NCBI GenBank assembly: GCA_008632985.1
Contig: QPGO01000128.1
Coordinates: forward strand, 124,001-188,000
Reading direction: 5' to 3'
Source of the DNA: Psammoneis japonica
Taxonomy: Eukaryota
DNA: 64,000 bases
This document shows positions 25,201 to 37,791 of the stretch, piece by piece. The stretch's first letter is position 1. Each line of letters begins with the position of its first letter. The translations under genes were made by a program, and so were the position numbers. Below the pieces are notes generated by a model, which was given only the letters and a program-made list of their open reading frames with translations, searched no databases and was not told where the DNA came from.

Positions 25201-28200
25201 CACAGCGTGCAGCTGCATCAGGCTGGAGTCGTCAACTCCCATGCATCCCACGCGCCTCTCACGTGCATCTTGGGTCACACATGAGATGCAGTTTTGATCT
25301 GCCGACGAACTGCAATCCACGCATTTCCATCCACGAACTCATCCCACATGCGGTTCACACAAAAACACACCATCTCTGCTGACTTGCATTCCAGTCATGA
25401 GTTGTTGCAACCTCATTTTGAATTTGACTGCCGATGCCTCTGCCTGCATCTTGCTGGGACCTTGAAGTTGGCATGATGTAGAATGTTCCGACCAGTTGCT
25501 TGTTTTCAAGTTGCTGACTTGGGGAACTGACCATCAAACATGGTTTGTTTGGCATTGAAAAATTGGAGACAGCTTGTTGAGATCATCAGCCTGAAAGAGA
25601 GCACATTGACTTGGTTTCACTGCAGGACAACCAGTGCTTGTGTGGTCAATGATGCTTGGAGAGACACATGCTTGCCAATGATGAACTCATTGCTTGCTCA
25701 AAAACAGACATGTGTGATGTCAATGACTTGCTTTGTCCTTTGCACAATGCTGGCCATGCTGGCTTCTTTTTGCCAAGGCAAAGATCACATTTTTTGTTCA
25801 ACGGCAAATTCAACCCCCAAGTTCCATGAACTGTCTTTTGCCACACCTTTCATTCAAAAGCACACACATGTTTTGCCTGGCTCTTGTTCAAGTCATGAGA
25901 AGTTGCAACATTGTTCAGAATTTTTTGTTCTGCCCCTTGCCCATGCCACAATGTCAGGGCAACACAGTGCATTCCAGCAAGTCACTTCAAGTTTCTGACA
26001 TGTGAAGTTTGCCTTCAAACTTGGCTCATTTTGTGCGAAGAACCACTCTGTCCCCACCACTGACTTTGGGGAGCTCTGCCATGATGCTGCTGTGCTGAAG
26101 AGAGAAATGGGAAAAATTGACAAAGGAGTGTTGCAGCACTGCTGTCATTTCTGATGCCAGGCTTTGTCACTTGACATCATTCAGGGCACTGCTGGAGAGT
26201 TGCTGCATGACTGCATGCTCCTGTGTGTTGCACACATGCTTTGTTTCTGCCCAATCATCCATCATCATGCAAGCCAGTGGTGGTTGTGCACAATGTGATG
26301 CTGGAAAGGTCTCAACAGCCACATGTTCTCAACCAGCTTGGTTTCTTGGGAGCTTCTGTTGTTGTGGGCATTGGTTCCAGAGCAATCACACCACATGCCT
26401 GCCAGACACATGCCACTGCTGTGAGCAGGGCCTTCAGCACTGGGCTGTGACAAAACATTTTTTGATCATGCGCTGCATTTCACACACATGCGCACCTTTC
26501 CATGTGATGGGTGAATTGGCTGGGTTGCAAAATTGCCTCTTTTTCTGCTGGGCATCAAATGCTGGTTTGTTTGCCACACCTGATGTTTTTGCTGCAGAGC
26601 TCATGTGCAGAATTCTGCAGGCCCAGTGTCACACACATGCAGCCCCACCTTGGGCTGGAATGCATTGCCACTCCATTCTTGCCTTGTTGCACTTTTGTGA
26701 TTGTTTTTTGTTCACAAAAATCCAGCACCTTCTTGCGCTGCTTTTGAGTTGCTCTGGTCAAAAATGTTGTCATTCAGACCCAGCCAATCCACCAGCAATG
26801 TCACTCAGCCTCAATGACAGAGCAAGTTGACAGACTCGCACCAAGATCTCAGTGACCAGGCACTTCCACTGCCTCAAAAGGAGCAGCTCTTTCTAAAATG
26901 GACAAGCTCCTCCAGCAAAATGAGCACTCAATTTTGCAAGGCACTGTGTGAGTGGCTGCTGACTTTGTGCAAACATTTGGAGATGTCTGAGGCACACTTG
27001 CTTTTTCTTTTCATTGTGCCCACTTTGGTCAACTGGGTGTTGCACCATGCTGGCAGATTTTGACCCGCCCATGGAATGAGCAAGAGTTGGAGAACAACCA
27101 GATTGGCCCATTTCTTCAACTCCATTTGAAGCCTCAAAAAGCTCAACAAGCATTTCCAGAGAAGTGAACACCAAGCATCTCTGTTGCTTGTTGCAACAAT
27201 GAAACTCACCCAAGACATCCATGCATGAGAAAACAACACACACAGAGGTGGGCCCTGCTCTTGCACTGGTGGTGATGCCTCCCCAGTTTGCCCAATGTTT
27301 TTCAGGAAAACCAACAAATGTCACACTGGTTTTCACTTGAGGTTGCACTCCTCTCATGGAGTCAAGGGTTTAAGACATCATGTCAATTTTGTCTCCAGTG
27401 TGAGAACAAGGTGCCTTTTTCTTCAGCAGAGCCTGTCCTGCATGATGGCTTGAGGCTGACTGGTGTGTTTGTTCACATCTGGGCCCATAGAGAAGCTGAG
27501 CTGCAGTGCAAAATGAGCGGCAGATCAAATTTGTGGCAAACCCTCCAGCAGCATTTTGCAAGCAGTGCTGTCAAAGTTGTGACAATGTGTCATCTCACTG
27601 CAAATCTTGCAACCCCTGCTCAGCCCAGTTTTCTGCTTGGCTGGTGCTGGTGCTCTCTGTGCAAAAAAGAGCAAACTGGCCATCAAGTGTTGTCCCCAGG
27701 CACTCGTGCACTCTTTGTTCATCTCAATGGTTTTGGCCTTCATTGCAAGAGAGTCAGAGCATTTCTCTTTTTTTGTCAACTTGTTGCAGCATAGATTGAA
27801 AACTCTGTCAGCCTCGAGACTTGTGCCAAGAATGCCGGCACTCGCCTTGGGTGTGGCAACACATCATGGAGGTTGAGGACACCAGCCTCAATGCTCTCAT
27901 GATGCCCACCTCTGCTGCCTTCCACACACCTTGATGAGTGTCCCATCCAAGAAGTTTTGTTGGGCAAAGCAGCAAGCAGAGATGAACCACCAGTGAGCGC
28001 CACACTTCCGTTTGGCCAGGAGAGGTGTGCTGCTCCTCTTCCACACAGCTGCGCTCACCAGCTGTGGGCCAGTGCTGTCTGAGGCAAATCTGGTGACTGA
28101 CATGAAGAAGCCATTGTCTCACACATCTCTGCTGCAGAAACTGGCACATCCAGGTGATCTTCACACAACTGCACTGGCTGAAACAAAAATTTGTGGTGTG

Positions 28201-28480
28201 AGAGCCAGTGCCAGAGCCATGAGAAAAAACCATTTTCTTGCATCGCACCTCCTCTGGCTGTTGTGAAAACACCAGTGCATCCATGGAGGTGACCATCTCC
28301 ACAACAATCAGACCAACACTTCTGAATGAGACCACAGTTGTGGCACAGGTCAACGACGATGACAATGGCCTGGTGGCGCTGTCTCCTCCTTGACCACGCC
28401 ATTGAGTCATGTGACTTCGTCGGTCCATGCAGGACACTTGTGTGCGTGGACCGATGAAGCTTCAATGTCCAGCTGCAGAC
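22300..28480. other. TpA- and CpG-depleted eroded domain (TE and gene relics)
   Basis: Only a handful of TA and few CG over ~6 kb; purine-skewed stretch at 24000-25150. Confidence 0.85.
25490..27750 (-). pseudogene. eroded paralogous copy of the CCA-adding enzyme gene and its 3' flank
   Basis: Colinear matches to 32040-33540: ggctttgtcacttga, cttgggagcttctgt..gtgggcattggttccag, ctggtcaaaaatgt..tcattcagaccca, tgcaaatcttgcaa. Confidence 0.8.
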
Positions 28481-28579
28481 AGTTGTAAAGTGGACAGCAT
28501 TGCCGTTTTCAGCTCTGCAGCTGTCGCCAAACGGACAGTGCAGCACATAGAGAGCAGAGAGCAGAGAAGAATTGCGAAC

Positions 28580-28900
28580 CATCCCTGCTCATTTTTCACG
28601 AGCTCTGGTTTGCACACGAACCACATGCTGGTTCCTGTGCATTTACGTGCATTTTACACCAGTCGCATCGTAGAGGGGTGTTGTTCGCCGGCCCTGACGA
28701 ACTCTTTCTCAGACACAAAATGCTTTTCACGACGTTCCGGCACATGACTGCCGGCTCGGTGGACACTGTTTCGAGTGCGTTTTCACGTAGAGCCTGCTGC
28801 AGATGTAGGCATTCAGATTTAATTCGGTACAAATCTACGCAGCATTTTGCGTAGGGTGCACACGAACCACCAGGTGGTTCGTGTGCATAAGCAGGGTTAA
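28580..28900. mobile_element. possible piggyBac-like terminus with palindromic subterminal repeats
   Basis: Perfect 14 bp-stem hairpin tgcacacgaaccac-cag-gtggttcgtgtgca (28857-28887), degenerate copy at 28611-28641, ending ...AGGG TTAA. Confidence 0.45.
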
Positions 28901-29154
28901 AACAACAAAACCCACTACTAGGGCCCTATGAGTCGAAAGTCGTGCTTGCTGCTACAGTACCGGTATCACAAAATGTTCACTCGAGATAGGAAATAGGAAT
29001 TACAAATAACACGGGGCGCTAATGAATTTGAGCAGACTAAAGAAAATGAACAAACAAAAGCCATATCCACCAAATCGAGAATTAGGTAAGACTCTTCGGC
29101 GGCTAAACGGTCATTTCATTTTGGTCCAATTCTTACACAGCTGTGCGCGCACAA

Positions 29155-30234
29155 CTAGTTGCGAAACATTTCGGAACGGACTTCTTCTTGACTGAGATCC
29201 TTGTCGAAGACGCGGACCGAGTCCATGTACCCGCCAAAATAGCCCTTAGATTCGGATGCCGTCTCGCGATAATTGGAGCCAATCACAAACGGTCCCAGGT
29301 TGGCGCAGTGAGGTTTACTCGTCGGCAGTGTTGCCTCTCCACTCAAGTCTCCATTGATATAGATCTTCAACGAGTTACGGTCGTTGGTGACAGCAACGTG
29401 GGTCCAATGCTCCTTGGGGACTGGTTTGGTGCTTGTAACCTTGAACAAGTCCTTTCCACCGCAACCACCGAAGAAGCCACCTCCGTTTACAGCTCGAGTT
29501 TCGACGTTGATGTTGAGCCAAATGGCACTCGACTTTTGAATTATCTGATACGCAAAGTCTTTTGATCCAGTATCACGGTACCACACCCATGCCATCATGG
29601 TGTATTCGTTCATGTTCATCTTGGTAGAGTCGGGGATAATCATAGTGTCATCCCTACCATCAAGATAAACTGACCGTCCTGCAAAACCTGGACTGTGGGA
29701 CCCCACATAGCGGCCTCTTCCCGCCTTGCCATCAAATCCCTTTTCTCCCGAGTCTTTGTAGACGTTGTTTGAAGTATCAAAGAGGTATTCGAGCACTGGT
29801 CCGTCACACGGCTTGAAGCTAGGGAGCCTGACTGACTTTGAAGATAGCTGCACACGGTTCTTACCAACATAGAGGGGTGCGTCGTCGGGCGAGTTGAGAG
29901 TAAAGCATGCTTCTCCCTTTTTGAGACGGAAGGTGAAACCATCGACATCCTTCTTGTCCACATCAATGGTGAAGTCCTTGTTCTTCACAACGACTCTTGC
30001 GTTTTCCTCTGGCATAAGTGTGCCATTGACGGATAAAGTCTGCCGACCACCAGTAGCTTGCACGAACCACTGATCGGAAAAGCCGCACTTTTTCGTAAGA
30101 AAAACGCCCTTATCCTTTCGCTTGTTGATCGGCGGGAGACCACATAGTGGTGTTTCAGACGCCACAGCACGGTGGGATCCGATCCAAACTAGGGAGGAGA
30201 GGACGAGGAGGTGATGGTAAATGGTGGTTTTCAT
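29155..30234 (-). CDS. secreted protein with C-terminal LamG/concanavalin A-like domain
   Basis: Signal-like MKTTIYHHLLVLSSLVWIG; SVYLDGRDD, YTMMAWV, WTHVAVT..LKIYINGDL, FVIGS..FGGYMDSVRVFDKDLS. Confidence 0.85.
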   Translation of the reverse strand: MKTTIYHHLLVLSSLVWIGSHRAVASETPLCGLPPINKRKDKGVFLTKKCGFSDQWFVQATGGRQTLSVNGTLMPEENARVVVKNKDFTIDVDKKDVDGFTFRLKKGEACFTLNSPDDAPLYVGKNRVQLSSKSVRLPSFKPCDGPVLEYLFDTSNNVYKDSGEKGFDGKAGRGRYVGSHSPGFAGRSVYLDGRDDTMIIPDSTKMNMNEYTMMAWVWYRDTGSKDFAYQIIQKSSAIWLNINVETRAVNGGGFFGGCGGKDLFKVTSTKPVPKEHWTHVAVTNDRNSLKIYINGDLSGEATLPTSKPHCANLGPFVIGSNYRETASESKGYFGGYMDSVRVFDKDLSQEEVRSEMFRN

Positions 30235-30980
30235 CTTGTCGTTTCGACTTTCTCGCCGTTTCAATTTTGTGAGATAGAGCAATCATCATCAGGAGACAAG
30301 TCGAATGATTTGATCCTCGAAATAACCCAAAAGCAAATAGATTTGATTTCACTGCGGGACAAGCTGTTTGTGTGGGATAGTGATGCAGGGACATGGGAAA
30401 AGCGAAGAGAAACATGCTTGCTATCGGTAGACGCACAACTTGCTTACTTAACTTGCTCGAACATATGTCGATGATTCGCTTCGAAAATTTACTCAGTACC
30501 GGCAATAGTTCGCGGATCCCAATAATTATGCTTGGCCGTCCGACGGTCAAAGATCGCTTTTGATCCACGAACTTCAATCCGCGAACTCAGTAGCGCGCGA
30601 AAGAACATTGAACATCCGTCATTTCACCAGTCACGAGTTGTTGCGGCTTTGAATTTGCGAGCTTGTTGTCGCCAATGTGTTCTATGGTTTATCGGTTGCC
30701 TCCCCGATGGTCAAAAGATTTTGAAGGCCCTAGAGAGTATGCCACAGGAGGTCGCACAAAGGTGGGTGATTGCATGAGTGCTGTTGAGAATGCTGTCTAT
30801 GGCATTATGGAACAAAGGGCGGGAAAGGAGTTGCATCTATTTTGAATTTGCAGAGAAGAATAACGCTGAGCCATCGCATAAGCGACCGGGTTTCATCCTC
30901 ACACCTTACTACGACGTGTTGCAGTCTCGAGATTGCCCTTTCAAGAGGAACAAAAGATCTTCAATGAACGCTACTCGATA

Positions 30981-31727
30981 TTATAACTTTTCGAGAACAT
31001 CGGCCATTCCTTTTTTCACTTCATCCAAACCCAAGACGTTGTCGTAAACACGCATGCACTTTGGGTATTTCGTCATATCTACCAGATACTTTTTCGCTCC
31101 GATCACCTGAGGAACAAGCGCGCAGTCTGCCAATGTGACCGTGTCACCAAAGCAAAACTTGCTGCTGTCGTTGTCAATAAGTCCTTCAATGCTGCTCAGT
31201 CCACTCATAATCCACTCATGTGGCCACAAAATTGGCGTTTCTTCAGACTCGCCAATCGTTCCTCCTTCAATGTGATGCTTGACGGCCTTGGGCAACCAAT
31301 CTGCCAATGCTTCATCCATTTCTGCAATTTTCTCTACAGTCAATTTATTCTGCATGGGCTGAATATACGAATTGACAATCTCGACAACTTCCCTGACCTT
31401 TGCTCTTTGAATAGGGTCGTCTGGTAGCAATTTCGGTGCGTCGGGATATGCCTCTTCGAGAAATTCATTGACTGCCACAGATTGACGCAGCAGCACTTCT
31501 GATTCTCCACTAGTTTCTACCTTGAGGACAGGTATTTGACCCAAGGCATTCATTGTCTTGCAATACTTGTCGCTTCGTTGTTCGTTTGTTGCTCCAATGT
31601 CGACCGGGACAAACTTGTATGGGATGCCTTTGACTGCGAGCGCAATTCGAACACGGTTTGTTGACGAAGATCCATGGAAACCAAACAACGTCAGTGAACT
31701 GGCAACAGACTTGGCTAGAGATATCAT
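30981..31727 (-). CDS. GSTZ1: glutathione S-transferase zeta / maleylacetoacetate isomerase
   Basis: SSSTNRVRIAL, GQIPVL, LRQSVAVNEFLEE, IQPMQN, FCFGDTVTLADCALVPQV. Confidence 0.85.
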   Translation of the reverse strand: MISLAKSVASSLTLFGFHGSSSTNRVRIALAVKGIPYKFVPVDIGATNEQRSDKYCKTMNALGQIPVLKVETSGESEVLLRQSVAVNEFLEEAYPDAPKLLPDDPIQRAKVREVVEIVNSYIQPMQNKLTVEKIAEMDEALADWLPKAVKHHIEGGTIGESEETPILWPHEWIMSGLSSIEGLIDNDSSKFCFGDTVTLADCALVPQVIGAKKYLVDMTKYPKCMRVYDNVLGLDEVKKGMADVLEKL

Positions 31728-32337
31728 TATATTGGTGAGTTCGAAAGGCTTTTGATGTAGCTGTCAATGCAAAAAGAGCGGTGGGCGATGGACCAAGTGA
31801 AGTGTTCAGGATTTCAGAGCCGCACAATCCTGCTCAGGGGTGGGGTGAACTTCAACCCGCCGCGAACCGCGAACGCGCGCGAACGCCTAAAAGTAGTAAT
31901 CCGCGAACTCGACTGACACTTCATAGCACTTGTTTCGAGTCACGATAGTTGTTGCAACATCATTTTTAAAATTTGATTGCTGCCTCTACCTACATCTTGC
32001 TGAGATCTAGATATCAGCCCGATACAATACCTTCGGACAAGTTGCTTCATGTTGCTGACTTGTGTCTTGCGTAATTGACTATCAAACATGGTTCGTTTGG
32101 TGTTACAAACCTTGCCGTCCCGCCGTTGACCTTGAGTTCCACGACGTCGCCGTTCTGATGGATTGGACAAGATGCCGAGGCAATTGCTTCGCTGACAGGA
32201 GTCATTAGCGGTGTGAAGATATCGACGAAGGGACGTAGATATATGCCGTGTTGTCGCCGATGCTAGGCTTTGTCACTTGATATCATTGACAACGAACCAC
32301 TGCTTTGTTCCCACCCGATTATCCATCATCTTGCGAG

Positions 32338-34216
32338 CTAGCCTGTATATTCTGGAAAGGTTTCAACCAAGTATTCAATCAACTTGGCTTCTTGGGAGCT
32401 TCTGTCGTGGGCATTGGTTCCAGCGAAATCGTACCGTACCTGCCATTCCTCTTGCGCTTTCATTATTTGTTTAAATCCTCACCTTGAACTCCCGGTAAGG
32501 CTCGTTGTTGGATTTCAGACCCATTCAATAAGGGCTTCAAGTAATTCTGGTCAAAAATGTCATCATTCAGACCCAATCGATCTACCATTAACGTCACCCA
32601 GTGATGGAACAGATTGATAGCCTCGCCGAGCTCTTGATTGGGCATGGCCAAGGCCAAAAGGAGCGATTCTCTCCAAAATGGTCCAATTTGTTTCAATATT
32701 TTGTAACTTGCCCAACGAAAATCAGAAAGGTCGTTCCAACGAGAATCGTGCTCTGAAAGAGTTCCAAAGTGAATACTCGATATCATAAGGTGTTGAACGG
32801 CTGATGACTCCGCGTAAGCCTTTAGAAACGTCTGAAGCGCATTTGCTCCTTTGATTATGCCTTCAATCGATTGGGTGTCGCACGTTGGTTGCTTTAACCC
32901 ATGTATCAGAGCTGATACAAGATAGATCCGTTTCGACGACTCCTTTTGAAGCCTCGAGACTCGACAGGTATCTCCGTCGATGTCGTCATGTCTACAAATG
33001 GCTTGAAAAAGGCTGCATACCAGAGAAATCGACGTCGAGTATCATTCCATTGTGACGGCTCTACAAAGATGCGACTCACAAGGGCCTGTGTACGAGATAA
33101 AAGGCGGATTCCACTCTTGTAAATATACATTGGTGACGCCTCCAATTTCCAGTGTTTTCCTTTGAGAGGAAAAACAAAAGGCATCACGTTGGTTTCCATT
33201 AACAGTTGTACTCCTCTCGTGGGATCACGGGTTTGAAACATCAAATCAATTTCGTTTCCGATACGAGACTTGGATACCTTTTGTTCTAGAGCCCGTCCCA
33301 CGCGCTGATTCAAGGCTGCCTTCTTCAGGTCTGGGTCCATGGAGAAACTGAGTTGCGCCGCAAAACGAATGGCCCGAAGAATTCGTAGCGGATCCTCCAG
33401 CAGTGTCGCAAGCGGTGCCGTCGGAGTCGCAATGATGCCAAGTTGCAAATCTTGCAATCCCTGTTCGGTCCAGTCTTCGACTTGATTGGTGTTAACATTG
33501 TAAAAGAGCGAATTGATCGTCAAGTCTCGTCGCCAGGCATCTTCGACAGCCGAAGCCATGCCTGTTTTCTCCGGAACGCGACTGTCGGGACTGTACTTTT
33601 CAAATCTCAAGTTGCAAAAGTCAATCCAAAAGTTGCCATATTTGACACTGGCCGTTTGCAAGTGTTGAGATCTCGAGCCGTATTCCTTCAGCAACGAATT
33701 ATTGGATGATGCTTCTGATGAAATCTCACAAGCGACATTTTCTTGGTCATCCGTATTGTTGTTGTTTTGTAGAATGTAATTATGAAACAGTTTTGCAAAT
33801 TCACTACCGGACTTGTTGTCAAGTACAAAATCAATGTCGTGTGAAACAGTTGGTTGATAATGATGCAGTAGCTTATCCCGAACCCATCCGCCTGCAATTC
33901 GAACGGTGGTGGATGGAGCGTACTCATCTCGCACTTGTCGTACCAAGTAAAACAGATCCTCTTCTTCCTTCGTCAGTACTATTTTGTTCGTCAAGGGCTT
34001 TGTTTCATAATCATACTGGTAATATCCGCCACTGTCTTTGAGTTTGTAGGAAGATATGTCTTGCAGAAATCTAGAAACACTCGGTGAAGGACGAGGCAAA
34101 TAGCGACAAAACGGCAACTGAAATGCCACTGCAATCCCGGCAGAAATCAGCAAGAAGAAGGATATTTGTGCCTGCATAACAATTGGTGCCGCATTACAAC
34201 GACGGTGGCTTGTCAT
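32338..34216 (-). CDS. CCA1: tRNA nucleotidyltransferase (CCA-adding enzyme, class II); two apparent 1-nt deletions at ~32908 and ~32472
   Basis: VRIAGGWVRDKLL, DIDF, IDFCNLR, EDAWRRDLTINSLFYN, EDPLRILRAIRFA; frame continues LIHGLKQP.. and KQIMKAQEEWQVRY..TFPEYTG* after -1 shifts. Confidence 0.88.
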
Positions 34217-34510
34217 GGGTCATGGGTTGCCTATGTTAGTATCTATAACTATCGCGGCTGCTACATTCAACAAGACGGTGCGTTTTGGTGTTTTTCGTGT
34301 TGGAGGCAAATCGAAAAAATCAAAAATCGGGCACGAATACGTCAGCATCCGGTACTGAGAAACACGTAGAATCTACCTGTGATAAAGCACGTCAGCCCAT
34401 TGTTGCAACAGCAGCAACAAAACAGCAACAGCAATAACATCTCATGTTGACGTTATTTGTATTCTCTTGTCGTTGCGCTTTATATCACTTACTACTCTTA
34501 CAACTACGCA

Positions 34511-34882
34511 ATGAGCGACTCTCCTCTATTTACTCCTCTCCACGAAACGTCCCTCTACCAGAAAGAGCGATTCATCCCGAAAAAATGACAACCAATCCAT
34601 CACGCAGTCCCTGCGTCGCACGCAGGGCTTGTTGCGCCAAGAAATGGAGCGAACCGAGCACGTATCGCAAACCATTGTGGCGGATGGAAAGTTGATTGGA
34701 AAAACAAAATCACACCATTCGGAACTTCAGAATGATATATCGGGAGCCAAGGGGCGCTGTCGGGGTTGGAACGAGAAAAGCAAAAAGAACGATGGATTCT
34801 CATGGCGGCTGTTGTTTTCTTTTATTTGTCGGCTCTCTATGTCTTGTGGACACGAATTCGAATACCCTTTTTATTGTGGTAG
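34511..34882 (+). CDS. SEC20: SEC20-like tail-anchored SNARE, frameshifted in this sequence; start position uncertain
   Basis: Manual translation: SITQSLRRTQGLLRQEMERTEHVSQTI..GAKG / ALSGLEREKQKERWILMAAVVFFYLSALYVLWTRIRIPFLLW*; needs one extra G in the G-run at 34751. Confidence 0.7.
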
Positions 34883-35373
34883 AATGAATTTGACAAGCGA
34901 AAATTGATGCAAGAGAATACATGTACTGTATGCCAGCGGTTGTGTACCGAGGTCTAGCTAGAGAGAGTCATAAATAGCGATATACTAGATTCCCTCTGAC
35001 ATTTCCAAGCCAGACATCCGCTGAATCGCAGAATTTTTTGGGAAGCGAACTTATGGTCTGTAATTCGTATAGATCTGAGAGGAATACTTTTCCAATAATA
35101 CTCTCTCTTGATTCATGGTGTGCGACTCCCAAAACAAGTTCAGTACGAGGATCAAAGTGATTTTTTGTAGGCTGAATGCAGGATGAGAGCAAGGGAGACC
35201 AACAAGATCAGATTTTATGTAAAGAATTTCTAATAATACTTTTGAAAGTATGCTACGAGTTATATCGAATGATTGAATCATGAGGAACTTACAAGAAAGT
35301 TCTCATCCGCTCCTATAACACATCATTTATTCATTGCAGCCATCTCCAAGCCATATCCCAGCTATGTTTCTCG

Positions 35374-35826
35374 TCACGCAAAGCTCCCCACATGCGCCGC
35401 AGCACTCTCACTTGCTCCACGTTGGACTTGAGTCTGTTCGTATTTGCGTTGCGCACGCTTTTCACCCGTTTTGCAAATTTTACGCGTAACCGCCGCAGCA
35501 CCCACGCCACCGGCAATGGCACCGATTGGACCCAACACGATCCCACCCACCACAACTCCACCCACAGCGGCACCCGCCGTACGACGTTTACGCTGCTTTT
35601 TCATTTTCTTGCGTTTGGGATGAACACATGTTTGAATGCCTCCAGTTTCGGCTGGATTAGAATAACTGGAATGACTGTGATGATGATACGGAGAGACAGC
35701 CGTCTCGTGATAGGGGACTATGGCGTCGCTTGACGGTGTCGTGGAATAATCTTGCATGGGTGTTGCAGATGCAAAGGGAGCCGAAGGCTCTGGTGGTACT
35801 GGATCGAACTTGTCTGTGTACGCCAT
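35374..35826 (-). CDS. small protein with glycine-zipper hydrophobic segment
   Basis: MAYTDKFDPVPPEPSAP..RRTAGAAVGGVVVGGIVLGPIGAIAGGVGAAAVTRK. Confidence 0.7.
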   Translation of the reverse strand: MAYTDKFDPVPPEPSAPFASATPMQDYSTTPSSDAIVPYHETAVSPYHHHSHSSYSNPAETGGIQTCVHPKRKKMKKQRKRRTAGAAVGGVVVGGIVLGPIGAIAGGVGAAAVTRKICKTGEKRAQRKYEQTQVQRGASESAAAHVGSFA

Positions 35827-36229
35827 GGTGTCGAGTGTTTGTGAGCGTTGAGCGTGACACTTTTCTTTGCGGCGAATCATCGAACGTTCTTTCCTGCACA
35901 AGCGAAATCCAAAAAAACACCTTTACGTAGAAAGCAGTACTGCTTCTACGTGAAATTGAGTGAGTCGTGGAGACGCCGAGCGAACAAAAAGTTGTCTGTG
36001 TCACGGTGGCCGTGTAAACAGTGGCATGGTGCCCATTTTTGTCCATCATGCCAAGCCACTGATGACTTTTCGATCATTGATTATCTTCAGTACGTAGAAA
36101 ACAATATTGATGCCCCCTCTAATCGCGCGCACCCCATTCCTCACAATATTTTTCATCACACGCGGCACATAGTGCAGTGTTATTGTTGTTGCTGTTACTG
36201 TTTGTGAAGAAGAACAACAACAATACATT

Positions 36230-37791
36230 ATGCCGACAAGAGTTGTGATTCGACAACCGTCACCTACTCCTGAATCAGAGCCACATCATCATCATGAAGC
36301 TCACGACAGTATTACGGGTGGTGATAATAGCGTGTCGTCGGATTTGATCAAACGCAACACAAAAACACCCATTCGAGGTGTGGTGGGGTTTCGTTCTTCG
36401 TGTCGAGATGGCCGTGGCGATACTGCTGCTGCTGCTGTAAAACCAAAAAAGGCGGGATTGAGTAGTATGGATCTTAGGGCATCACCAAGGTTACAAGGAT
36501 ATCTCTTTATGCTTGTAGCAAGCATCGTGAATCTAGTGACGGTGGCGTGGTTTCTGGCGAATCGAAACAAAGTGGATGAAATTCGACGAAGCTTACAAGA
36601 CACCAGCAACAACGAAACGGAGATTATTGATGAGGATGAGGCAGATAACCCCTCTTATACGGAAATTGCTTCTGGTACGTTTAGTCTGTGGTATTAAAAA
36701 AAAAACTGCAGAAATTAAGTATTGTGAACATGTGACTTGTGTACTCACAAATTTGTTGTTTTATACGTTCTCTCTCTGAATACAGGTGACATTGTGTTGA
36801 CTTGGAAATTATACGGCGCCCTGGTGGTATCCGCCTTGGGGGTCTTTATCTCATTCCTTGTCGTCATGGTCCATTTCGATTTTGTCTGTTACCCTTTGCT
36901 TTGGAAGGCCATTTTTCGCGACGGGTCCAAGGTGGAGTTGTACTTTTTGATTTTCATGTTTTTTTTCTGGGCAGCCGGTTTGCACATTTGTACCAGCACC
37001 TTTTCCGTTGGTGTCGTGGCTCCCAATGTCTACTTTACTACCTGGACTGCCTTTGCGACGGTCCCCGTGAATATCAATGTCTGGAGAAAAGGAGCAGGAC
37101 AACATACGCTAGCCGATCGGCTTTATGCTCATCACCGAGAAACCATGCACAATTGGTTCTATGTCTTTATTTTTACAGCCATTTTGGCTCTTGCGATCGC
37201 CGACCTGTTTGCCAATCGCAATGAAGTGGAATACTTGTTTGATGGAGAGGTGCAAGAGATTCCTCTCTTTATCTGGCGCAGAGGGCTCTGTATCGCCTTT
37301 GCCAGTTGGGGTCTTTCCATCATTACCATTGTCTGTGATCATTACTTGACGGGATCGCGGACTCTGAAGTTTTGTGGATGTAAATTAAAGCTGGAATGGA
37401 GACAAGCCGAAGGACTTATTGCATTGTATTTGGTGGGGTGTCGTACTGGATGATTGTGGAGTGTAAGTGTGGACGACTACTGTGGGGCAAGTGTTGAGTT
37501 GTTTTTGTTTTTGCATTCTCTCACACACAATCTTCTCTTGAATCAGACACGGGTGTCAATTTCCCTCTTAACGGTCCTTCGAATGCGTACTTTGGCGCAT
37601 GGGGTGTCTTTTTTTCGTCCATTTTTACCTTTGGGACGTGGTTGCACGAGAACAAGGACACGATTGAGATTTTGACGCATCATGGTGAAGCCGAGGAGCA
37701 GTCTCGTAGCAACAACAATAATGGGGCGAACAACGAAGCATCCAAGAAATCATCTGTCAATCCGTTTGGTCGTTTTACTCGCAAACACTGA
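36230..37791 (+). CDS. multi-pass membrane protein, paralogue A; introns 36675-36785 and 37463-37546; 1-nt deletion at ~37435
   Basis: Shares SPRLQGYLFMLVASIV, FRDGS, LHICTS.FSVG.VAPNVYFTTW and GPSN.YFG.WGV.FSS..TFGTW with paralogue B. Confidence 0.8.

Noticed and set aside
32460..32915. Programmed frameshifting in the CCA enzyme gene
   Set aside because: No slippery heptamer or structure seen; similar deletions in nearby unrelated genes favour sequence error
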